Shown: positions 1 to 7,414 of the stretch, piece after piece
Position numbering within the stretch: the stretch's first letter is position 1
Layout of the letters: each line of letters begins with the position of its first letter
DNA from: Planctomycetales bacterium
Lineage (GTDB): Bacteria > 4484-113
Assembly: GCA_037445915.1 (NCBI GenBank)
Contig: JBBIJQ010000011.1
Coordinates: forward strand, 1,499-42,702
DNA: 41,204 nucleotides
Direction: 5' to 3'
Notes under the pieces: model-generated
The model's input: the letters and a program-made list of their open reading frames with translations, nothing else
Databases searched by the model: none
Told to the model about the DNA's origin: nothing
Made by a program: the position numbers and the translations under genes

Positions 1-155
1 AGCTCGGCAACTGCCTGCTCAACCGCCCGCACCAGCGCGGCGTTGTTATCCCCACCTGCACCGGGGGCCAGCGGGCTTGTGCTGCCCGACATACAGGATG
101 TAAGCAGCACGACAGCAATCCAAACAAGCGCAACCGCGCGAAGCCGCGTCATCAT
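1..155 (-). CDS. Lipoprotein, 5' portion only (runs off window edge)
   Basis: Manual translation MMTRLRAVALVWIAVVLLTSC-MSGSTSPLAPGAGGDNNAALVRAVEQAVAEL; lipobox LTSC; ATG overlaps the TGA of the upstream ORF (ATGA). Confidence 0.75.
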   Translation of the reverse strand, partial: MMTRLRAVALVWIAVVLLTSCMSGSTSPLAPGAGGDNNAALVRAVEQAVAE

Positions 156-766
156 GGGCTAGATTCTAGCATAGGGGCTTCTTTGCGCAGCCGGGAAAGC
201 TCGTTTGCGACCTGCGCCGGTTCAGCGAAGAGGATAAAGCGACCCTTCACGCGCTCCAAAATCCCGCGCACTTCTTGCGGCTTCACCGAATCCAGCACCG
301 TCACCGCGTCTGGAAAGCCGCCGCGCGAGTATTCGTTGAAGCGCGGCGCGGCGAGGAAAAGCAGGAAATAATCCACGCCAGGGTCTATGCTGAGGCCGAG
401 CGCGGACTTGACTTGCTGCTCATCAAGTCTTTCAGGGGAAACAGGAAGGCTGCCGACTACGCCGAGCGCGAATGCCGCGTCAAATCCGTACCGCCTGGGC
501 ACCCTCAGGCTTATTGGCATGCTTGCAATCTCGGCGCTCTCGGGCATGTCCATTCCGCCGACGATGTAAAAGTCGCTAGGGCCGGCGCTGCCATCCTCGG
601 CATCCCCGCTTGCCGGCGCCTTGGAAGCCATCTGCGATACCCGCAAGTATTCAACGATGAACGGCGGAAGCAGGATTGCAGACGTAACTCCGACAACGAG
701 AATGGCGACAAGCGCCGACACCCATACCGGCGCGCGAACTTCTCCGCCTGGCTTGCCTTCCGCCAT
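152..766 (-). CDS. Hypothetical protein with N-terminal transmembrane anchor
   Basis: 204-aa ORF, hydrophobic segment VWVSALVAILVVGVTSAILLPPFIV; tightly packed between co-oriented genes. Confidence 0.75.
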   Translation of the reverse strand: MAEGKPGGEVRAPVWVSALVAILVVGVTSAILLPPFIVEYLRVSQMASKAPASGDAEDGSAGPSDFYIVGGMDMPESAEIASMPISLRVPRRYGFDAAFALGVVGSLPVSPERLDEQQVKSALGLSIDPGVDYFLLFLAAPRFNEYSRGGFPDAVTVLDSVKPQEVRGILERVKGRFILFAEPAQVANELSRLRKEAPMLESSP

Positions 767-776
767 ATCGTATTAG

Positions 777-2078
777 CTACTTGGCGGCCAGGGCTTTCTT
801 CTTGGCTTCGGCGGCGGCCTTCTCGGCCTTGCTCACATCGCGCATCTTCGCCACGATGTCCAGCTCCGCCTTCGCCATGTCGTTATTTCCCAGCCTGGCA
901 TAAACATCAGCCAACGCGAGGCGCGGCGCGGCATACGCAGGGTCGAGCTTGGCGGCTTTCGCCAGCGCTTTGATAGCTTTGTCCGACGCGCCGGAAAGCG
1001 CCAGAGTCACGCCTTGCATATACAGGGCGCGCGACGACTCTGGCTGGAGACTGGCTGCTTTGTCAGCCTGCACGATGACCTTCTTGAGCGCAGGCGACTC
1101 AACGATGTCCTTCTCAACGAGCATTGCGCCCGCATAAAGCCATGCAGCAAGCGCATTGTCGCCAGCCTTGGTCTTCCCTGCCAGCTTGTCCATCATCGCT
1201 TTCCAGTCTGCTTCGGCGATGGCGGTGTCGCGGTAGAAATAGCCTTGCGGCGTGAGGAGCTTCGCTGCGATTTCAGCCAGCTCTTTGTCTTCAGCGCCTT
1301 TGAAGCCCAGCTTTGCGGCATCGTATTTGGCGGTATTACCTGGTTCTATCGCGAGCTTGATGTCCGGCGCATAGTTGGCATAACGCATAGGGCCGGTCCC
1401 CAGATCGGCGGCAAGCTTGCTCTCGCCGACTTCATCATCACGCCCACCGCTGCCGGCGACCTCATCGTCACGGCCACCGCTCATTACTTCATCGTCACGG
1501 CCGCCGCTCATTACTTCGTCGTCACGGCCGCCGCTGTTCGCTGTGACATACGGCGGTGGAACGCCCTTGGCGGACAGCGTTTTCGCCTTCTCAAATGCAG
1601 CGTTTGCTTCGTCGTCGCGCCCGCCCATAAGCAGCACCTGGCCCAGGATGTCGTTCGCCCACGCCGATTCCGGCGCCAGCTTCACCGCTTCCTGCGCTGC
1701 AGCCAAAGCTTCAGCGCTTCCAGGGCCCATGGCGTTTTCCACGCCGGCCAGCAGGTAATAGACGAAGGGTTTCGGATCACTCTTAGCCTTCCCGGCAAGC
1801 TGCGCCTTGAGCTTGTCCCACTCCTTCGGCGTCAAGCGCTCGCTCGCCACAAATGTTCCATCCTTGTCCAGGACTTTGGGAGCGATGCCCTCCAGCTCTT
1901 TATCGTCGTTGCCTGCCATGTCAATATCGGCGGTAGTGATTGGCTTGGCAGCTTCACCCTTCGGAAGCGGCCTGCCGATGGTGTTGCTGTCGGCGGCTGG
2001 TTTTGGGCAGCCTGCGATAAATGCAATGATAACGAGAATGGCGAATAACGCCCCCGATAAAATTAACGAACGTTTCAT
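777..2078 (-). CDS. TPR-repeat lipoprotein, internally duplicated, with GGRDDE(V) repeat linker
   Basis: Lipobox IAGC; RBS GGGAGG; TPR-like helices (AVKLAPESAWANDILGQVLL; AAKLDPAYAAPRLALADVYARLG); two homologous halves (DKELEGIAPKVLDKDGTF / DKELAEIAAKLLTPQGYF). Confidence 0.85.
   Translation of the reverse strand: MKRSLILSGALFAILVIIAFIAGCPKPAADSNTIGRPLPKGEAAKPITTADIDMAGNDDKELEGIAPKVLDKDGTFVASERLTPKEWDKLKAQLAGKAKSDPKPFVYYLLAGVENAMGPGSAEALAAAQEAVKLAPESAWANDILGQVLLMGGRDDEANAAFEKAKTLSAKGVPPPYVTANSGGRDDEVMSGGRDDEVMSGGRDDEVAGSGGRDDEVGESKLAADLGTGPMRYANYAPDIKLAIEPGNTAKYDAAKLGFKGAEDKELAEIAAKLLTPQGYFYRDTAIAEADWKAMMDKLAGKTKAGDNALAAWLYAGAMLVEKDIVESPALKKVIVQADKAASLQPESSRALYMQGVTLALSGASDKAIKALAKAAKLDPAYAAPRLALADVYARLGNNDMAKAELDIVAKMRDVSKAEKAAAEAKKKALAAK
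1429..1535 (-). repeat. Four in-frame tandem repeats (27-30 bp period) encoding SGGRDDEV
   Basis: Units at 1429-1451, 1459-1481, 1486-1508, 1513-1535; differences within the 23-bp cores are all synonymous. Confidence 0.95.
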
Positions 2079-2138
2079 TGAATACCTCCCGGCAAGAAGA
2101 CCTGACTTCCTGCCTTCCGAATTGCAGCCCTGAGCTTA

Positions 2139-2204
2139 ATTATACCGCCGCAACGCTCCGCTTTGGGGCGCGGGGGCGCACAAACCTGCTTTTGCTGGTA
2201 TATT
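2139..2204. promoter_or_regulatory. Divergent -10 elements (minus TATAAT 2139-2144; plus TGG-TATATT 2196-2204)
   Basis: Sigma70-like hexamers in the divergent intergenic gap; the plus one lies 6 nt before ATG 2211. Confidence 0.55.
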
Positions 2205-2210
2205 CTCCCT

Positions 2211-2609
2211 ATGCGGCCAATCACCGTGAAAACGAACGCCCGTGAAGAGCTGCTGGACATTACCGCCAGCATCGCGCAAGTTGTTGAGGAAAGCGGCGTG
2301 CAAAAGGGGCTGTGCAACATCTTTTGCATGCACACTAGCGCCGCTTTGACGCTAAATGAGAACGCCGACCCCGACGTAAAGGCTGATATCCTCGTGTCCT
2401 TGCGGCGAATCGTCCAGGACGGGCTGCATTACTTCCACCAGGAGGGCAACAGCCCAGCGCACATCAAGTCCTCGCTCCTCGGCGCTTCGCTTACGGTTCC
2501 GGTTGCGGGCGGAAGGCTCGTGCTTGGCTCCTGGCAAGGCATACTGTTTTGCGAGTTTGACGGTCCGCGCACCCGCCGCGTCGGCGTGACCATTGTCAAG
2601 TGTGAGTAG
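2211..2609 (+). CDS. yjbQ: YjbQ family protein (UPF0047, secondary thiamine-phosphate synthase)
   Basis: Motifs HTSAALTLNENADPDV, H-EGNSPAHIKSSLLG, LGSWQGILFCEFDGPR; start reassigned to ATG 2211. Confidence 0.92.
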   Translation: MRPITVKTNAREELLDITASIAQVVEESGVQKGLCNIFCMHTSAALTLNENADPDVKADILVSLRRIVQDGLHYFHQEGNSPAHIKSSLLGASLTVPVAGGRLVLGSWQGILFCEFDGPRTRRVGVTIVKCE

Positions 2610-3669
2610 GCTCGTGGAGAATCCTGCTAACCCTTACGCCCGCCTTAAGGAACTCCTCCAGTTCCAGCGCGCGGGCAAGCTCAGCTTTGCCGAAGTGCGC
2701 GAGCTAATCGCGCTGCATGAGCGCGCTTCCGCCGACTTGTCGCTCGCGGGGGAGAAGGGCGCAGCAGAGCAGGAGACGCTCAAGTCGCTGGTCGCCGAAA
2801 GCTTCAACGCCGTTTACGGCCTTTTACCACTCTACAAGCGCCCGCCGTTTGAGTTCTTGCGCGTGTTCTACCGGCGCACACCTGAAGTGCTCTACGCTTA
2901 CCGCAAGCAGTTCTACGCCGTCGTTGCAGTCGTTTTGCTTGCGGCGGCATTCGGCGCCATCTCTGTCATCAGCGGCGATGCCATAACCCCCCGCCTTGTG
3001 CTCAGCCCGCAGTTCGTCCAGCAGTTTGAGGAAATCGTCGCCAAAGATACGGAATGGGCGCTGGCTGCCGCAATCCCTGAAAACCAGCGGCCGGTGGCAA
3101 GCGTGGAGATTATGGCAAACAACATACGAATCGCCGTCTTTTCGTTCATCCTCGGCGTCCTGTTCTCCTACTTCACGCTAGTAATCCTCTTTACCAACGG
3201 CTACATGCTCGGCTACATCTCTGCGCTTTACCTCCATACGGCAGTGGCGCTGGCAAAGCCCGAATTGGGGTGGTACTTCGTGGCGGGTGTCGGGCCGCAC
3301 GGCGTGCTGGAAATACCGGCGATACTTCTCGGCGCGACGGCAGGCGTGGCTATCGGCGCGTCATGGATATTCCCCGGCCGCAGGCGGCGGTCGGTAGCGC
3401 TCGCTGAAACGGCGCGCGAAACGCTGCTGCTCGTAAGCGCCGCCGCGATACTCCTCGTCATTGCGGGATTCATTGAGGGCTTTATCACCCCGCTTGGCTC
3501 GGGGCTGGTCTCCGACCGCACTTGGTCAACCTACGGCGAGCGCCTTACCCTCTACATCGGCAAGATAGCTTTCAGCGTGCTGCTCTTCGCAGCGTTTTTC
3601 GCGTGGATGCGAGGCGGCTGGATAACCGCACACAGGCTTAGGGCTGGCAAAGCTGCCACAAAAGGGTAA
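2602..3669 (+). CDS. SpoIIM/DUF95 family integral membrane protein
   Basis: IMANNIRIA, NGYMLG, PHGVLEIPAI, IAGFIEGFITP motifs; several TM helices; GTG 2602 probable start. Confidence 0.88.
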   Translation: MSRLVENPANPYARLKELLQFQRAGKLSFAEVRELIALHERASADLSLAGEKGAAEQETLKSLVAESFNAVYGLLPLYKRPPFEFLRVFYRRTPEVLYAYRKQFYAVVAVVLLAAAFGAISVISGDAITPRLVLSPQFVQQFEEIVAKDTEWALAAAIPENQRPVASVEIMANNIRIAVFSFILGVLFSYFTLVILFTNGYMLGYISALYLHTAVALAKPELGWYFVAGVGPHGVLEIPAILLGATAGVAIGASWIFPGRRRRSVALAETARETLLLVSAAAILLVIAGFIEGFITPLGSGLVSDRTWSTYGERLTLYIGKIAFSVLLFAAFFAWMRGGWITAHRLRAGKAATKG

Positions 3670-3683
3670 AATGCTTCGCCCCT

Positions 3684-3768
3684 GGAGGGGTGGCCGAGAG
3701 GTCGATGGCGGCGGTCTTGAAAACCGTTGAGCAGAAATGCTCCGGGGGTTCGAATCCCTCCCCCTCCG
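3684..3768 (+). tRNA. tRNA-Ser(TGA), CCA not encoded
   Basis: Acceptor GGAGGGG/CCCCTCC, discriminator G, anticodon arm GCGGT-CTTGAAA-ACCGT, long variable arm GAGCAGAAATGCTC, T loop TTCGAAT. Confidence 0.97.
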
Positions 3769-3786
3769 TTTCGGAGTCTCGCGGTA

Positions 3787-4049
3787 ATGAAAGTTTTCCT
3801 TTACGTCATCAGGTCCAGGGCTTCCTCCAAGAGGTATGTGGGCGTAACCAACGACCTCACGCGGAGGTTGAAGGAGCATGCGTCGCGAAGGACGAAAGGT
3901 GGCCAGGTATTGGGAGACTTCGAGTTAGTCCTAGTTGAGGAGTTTCAAAGCTACAGTGAGGCGAGGGATAGGGAGAGTTTCTGAAAAGCGGGCAGGGAAG
4001 GAAGTGGCTAGACGAAACGCTGAAGCCGGGGCCCGCCCTAGGCGGGTAA
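3787..4049 (+). pseudogene. Small stand-alone GIY-YIG nuclease (UPF0213/SLX1-like), 1-nt frameshift near 3976
   Basis: MKVFLYVIRS..KRYVGVTNDLTRRLKEH..SEARDRE then TGA at 3982-3984; adding one base restores E(K)FLKSGQGRKWLDETLKPGPALGG* ending at TAA 4047-4049. Confidence 0.88.
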
Positions 4050-4107
4050 AGCTCGCCAGAGGCGAGTAAAGCTGCGCCCCAAGGGGGCTTGCGCGCCTTT
4101 GGCGCGT
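4031..4107 (+). repeat. Stack of four GC hairpins with 3-nt loops
   Basis: CCCGCC-CTA-GGCGGG (4032-4046), CTCGCC-AGA-GGCGAG (4052-4066), GCCCC-AAG-GGGGC (4076-4088), CGCGCC-TTT-GGCGCG (4092-4106); first two each followed by TAAAGCT. Confidence 0.9.
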
Positions 4108-4127
4108 TCGAATCCCTCCCCCTCCGT
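4106..4127 (+). repeat. Duplicated 3' end of tRNA-Ser (att-like direct repeat)
   Basis: 22/22 match to 3748-3769. Confidence 0.95.
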
Positions 4128-4147
4128 AATATCTTTTGAGTTATCGC

Positions 4148-4606
4148 TTACGGAGCTCCCAAGAGGGTGTTTCCTTGAGCGTAGTAGATGGTTACAACGG
4201 GGTTGCCGCCTTCATCCACAGACGCGACGACGCTGGCGTTGCCCGCCGCATCTGTCACGCTGAAACCCGACGAGTCGTCTTCAAACAAGATCATTACAGC
4301 CCGATTTGAGCCGTCTTCGCCCGCGTCATACATAGACAAGTTGGGCGTGCAGTCGTCGGAAGTGCCGATGTATGCACGAAGCTCCTGCTCTGCCCCTTAG
4401 AGCCAGCGGCCGGTTGTGCGGTCAGGGGTTATGCTGACCTTAGCGCGCGCGTTGCAGTCCGCATCCACAATTCGCAGCGCTAGGGGGACGACCTCGTCGG
4501 CAACGACAACTTCCAGATTGCCCTGCGCGCGCGCGGAATTCGCGTCGAAGAACAACGCGAGTATCATCGCGGTTGGAATCAGTGCGGAATAAGTCGCCTG
4601 TTTCAT
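4148..4606 (-). pseudogene. Secreted beta-repeat-like protein interrupted by in-frame TAA at 4397-4399
   Basis: RBS GGAGG, signal peptide; ORFs 4397..4606 and 4148..4339 are in the same frame (..TGRWL*GAEQELRAYIG..PNLSMYDAG..). Confidence 0.7.
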
Positions 4607-4728
4607 AGTAATGCCTCCATTTGGAGTGGCTTCTTGCGCCCAATCCCTGCGGAAATCAAACCAGCCAAAGCCCCCCTCGCGCCCGCCGCCGGTGATATAA
4701 TCGCAGCATCTTTGCCGGGGGCGACAAT

Positions 4729-7410
4729 ATGAAAACGCTGCGCTTCCTTTGCCTGCTTATCGCCATTGCCTGCTGCGCACTCGCGCTAATGCCCGCTTTC
4801 GCAGGCGCCAGCAACATTCCCAGCATCGCCGAGCCGATACCCATTGCGCGCTGGCGCGTTATCGGGCCGTTTCTCAGCGGCGTGCGCGAGGCGGGGACGG
4901 ACCCGCTGGCGTATTACGACAAGGATGCGGCGATGGGCGACCCGCTGATGCAAGGCTCGTTTCCGTCGCTGATGGTACCGGGGGGAAAAGCGCGCTGGCA
5001 GTATTACGAAGCCGCGCCGGACGGGTCTGTTTCCGTCAGTTTTCGTAGTATGACCGAAGAGGCGTGGAAGCTGCTCTCGGATGGGTGGGGCAACGCAGGG
5101 AATTCCTTCGTTGGCTACGCTTTCGCGTCCTTTGAGGTGGAGGGCAGGCAGAAACGCGCGCTGATTGACGCGCAGGGGATAGGCGGCTTTGTGCTAAACG
5201 GAATACCCTACCCCGGCGACTCCTACGGGCATGGGATGTTTTCCACGCCGGTAATACTACAGGAAGGGCGCAACGAGCTAAAGGTTGGCTTTGGAAGAAT
5301 GATGTTCAAGCTGCGCGTGCTGCCGGTGATGAGCGATATCATCGTGCTAACGAGCGCGGCGACGCTGCCGGATTTGGTGCGGGGGGACAGCTTGCGGCGC
5401 GTCCTAATATCGCTGCCGCTTATAAACACAACCGATGAATGGATAAATGCTTATATCACGCCAAGCCCGGGCGGCCAGTTTGATTCAAGCGCCCTGACGG
5501 CTGCGGACATCGCCCCGCTTAGCATCGTCAACGTTCCGTGTGAGTTCAGCGCAGAAGGGGACTTGCCGCATGATTTTGCGCAGGATATCTACGAGTTTGG
5601 CGTAACTATAAGTTACACGCTCTCCGGCGGCGTGAAGCAAAATGAAACTGCACAACTAAAAATGCGCGTGCGCAATGCACCGCAATCGCGGCGCGTAACG
5701 TTTGCCTCGCGGATGGACGGCTCGGTTCAGTATTACGGGCTTCTTCCGCCAACGAACTACGACCTGTTGAAGGAATACGGGCTAATCCTCAGCCTGCACG
5801 GCGCGGGCGTGGAAGCGGAAGGGCAGGTTGATGCTTACAAGCCAAAGGATTGGGCCTTCGTCGTTGCGCCAACGAACCGCAGGCGTTTCGGATTTGACTG
5901 GCAAGACTGGGGGCGGCTGGACATGCGCGAAGTATATGAAGACGTGCTTGCGCGCTGGCCCATTGACGCCAACCGCGTTCATCTCACCGGCCATTCCATG
6001 GGCGGGCACGGCACCTGGTATAACGCGTTCACATACCCCGACATGTGGGCGACGGCGGCGCCCAGCGCGGGCTGGACGAACTTTGACTTATACGTCCCAA
6101 TGTTCTTGCGGCAAAATGTGATGATAGGCGCGCCTAAGGCAAACATGATATGGAACCTTGCCATGCGCGAGGACAACACGCTGGTCTTGAGCGAAAACGC
6201 TATGAACCTCCCTATCTACGCGCTAGAAGGCGGCGCGGATGATAACGTCCCACCTCAGCAGCCGCGTATGCTCGCTGAACTTCTCACCAAGCGCGGGTAT
6301 AACATCCGCTACGAGGAAGTTCCCGGAATGGGGCACTGGTGGGATGACCCCAATACTCCATTCGTGGACTGCGTTGACAACGAATATCACAACGAGTTTT
6401 GGAAGTCGCACACGCGTGATATGTGGCCCAAAAAGGTCGCATTCCGCACGCACAATTACTCCATCAACGACGGCGCGTATTGGGTGCGCGTTGATGCGCC
6501 GATGCAATACGATAAGACGTTGATTAGTTTTGACTGGCCTGTGCTTCCATACCAAGATATGGTTGTCCGTGCTGCAGCCGATCCCAAAACAGGCATTAAC
6601 GTTACGACAAGTAACGTGAGCTCCCTAAGCCTTAACCTGGATTCGCCGATCGCGCCAGGGCAGTCAGTGCGCGTGAGCATTGATGGCATTGAAATGAATG
6701 TGCCTACTGGCGGATGGACGAGCTTCGTAATGGGCGAAGACGGAGAAGGCTGGGAAGTTGGAAAGCCCAATCCTCAAGCGCCATATAAGTTCCGCGATAC
6801 TTACGGCCCGTGGAAGCAGGTGTTGATGAAGCCATTCGTCGTCGTTTACGGGACGACTGGTTCGCCGGAACAGACGGAATGGAACCTGCAACTCGCACGC
6901 TTGTATTCATACCATTGGTGGTACCGCAGTAACGGATACACGCGCATAGTGCCTGATACCGGCGACATCGCCACGCTCATCGCGCAGGAAATGAACCTCG
7001 TCATCATCGGCGGCCCGGAGTGCAATGCGGTCACTGCGAAGCTGCAGGACAAGCTGCCCATTGCACCGATGGAAAATGGAGTGAAAGTCGGCGGGACTGC
7101 TATCCCCGGCAAAGACCTGACATACAAGTATGTGTATCCGAACCCGCTCACCGATTACAAGACGCTGGTGCTGGTTGAAGGCGGGACGAGCCTCGCGGCG
7201 ATGAAACGCTTGCCCGCCGTCATCGGCATCTATTCCGGCAGCGGCTTCCCCGACTGGATGGTCTGGGGCGACGAGTTCAAGCTGCAGGGCTTCGGTGGAG
7301 TGCGCGCGATGGGGTTCTTTGATTTCAACTGGAAGTACTGCGAGAAGCTCACGTTCTGGAATAACGACCTTATAAGCCGCGAAGGAGAAGGTCCGCCATA
7401 TTATCGCTAG
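4729..7410 (+). CDS. Secreted alpha/beta-hydrolase (prolyl oligopeptidase/esterase-like), multidomain
   Basis: Signal peptide; LSLHGAG, nucleophile elbow GHSMGG, GGADDNVPP (Asp), GMGHWW (His); TG-A-TATAAT upstream. Confidence 0.88.
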   Translation: MKTLRFLCLLIAIACCALALMPAFAGASNIPSIAEPIPIARWRVIGPFLSGVREAGTDPLAYYDKDAAMGDPLMQGSFPSLMVPGGKARWQYYEAAPDGSVSVSFRSMTEEAWKLLSDGWGNAGNSFVGYAFASFEVEGRQKRALIDAQGIGGFVLNGIPYPGDSYGHGMFSTPVILQEGRNELKVGFGRMMFKLRVLPVMSDIIVLTSAATLPDLVRGDSLRRVLISLPLINTTDEWINAYITPSPGGQFDSSALTAADIAPLSIVNVPCEFSAEGDLPHDFAQDIYEFGVTISYTLSGGVKQNETAQLKMRVRNAPQSRRVTFASRMDGSVQYYGLLPPTNYDLLKEYGLILSLHGAGVEAEGQVDAYKPKDWAFVVAPTNRRRFGFDWQDWGRLDMREVYEDVLARWPIDANRVHLTGHSMGGHGTWYNAFTYPDMWATAAPSAGWTNFDLYVPMFLRQNVMIGAPKANMIWNLAMREDNTLVLSENAMNLPIYALEGGADDNVPPQQPRMLAELLTKRGYNIRYEEVPGMGHWWDDPNTPFVDCVDNEYHNEFWKSHTRDMWPKKVAFRTHNYSINDGAYWVRVDAPMQYDKTLISFDWPVLPYQDMVVRAAADPKTGINVTTSNVSSLSLNLDSPIAPGQSVRVSIDGIEMNVPTGGWTSFVMGEDGEGWEVGKPNPQAPYKFRDTYGPWKQVLMKPFVVVYGTTGSPEQTEWNLQLARLYSYHWWYRSNGYTRIVPDTGDIATLIAQEMNLVIIGGPECNAVTAKLQDKLPIAPMENGVKVGGTAIPGKDLTYKYVYPNPLTDYKTLVLVEGGTSLAAMKRLPAVIGIYSGSGFPDWMVWGDEFKLQGFGGVRAMGFFDFNWKYCEKLTFWNNDLISREGEGPPYYR

Positions 7411-7414
7411 CTCC

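Larger units (their letters stand above)
3748..4127 (+). mobile_element. tRNA-Ser-associated mini-cassette: GIY-YIG gene plus hairpin stack, bounded by 22-bp direct repeats of the tRNA 3' end
   Basis: GTTCGAATCCCTCCCCCTCCGT identical at 3748-3769 and 4106-4127 (358-bp period); no integrase inside. Confidence 0.75.

Noticed and set aside
1429-1535. Possible CRISPR array
   Set aside because: Units are nearly contiguous with 4-7 nt linkers, in frame within a CDS; no unique spacers, no cas genes
1014-2048. 344-aa plus-strand ORF
   Set aside because: Antisense shadow of the TPR lipoprotein in GC-rich DNA; no motifs
2602-3669. Evidence of sporulation
   Set aside because: DUF95/SpoIIM-like proteins are widespread in non-sporulating bacteria; no other spo genes here
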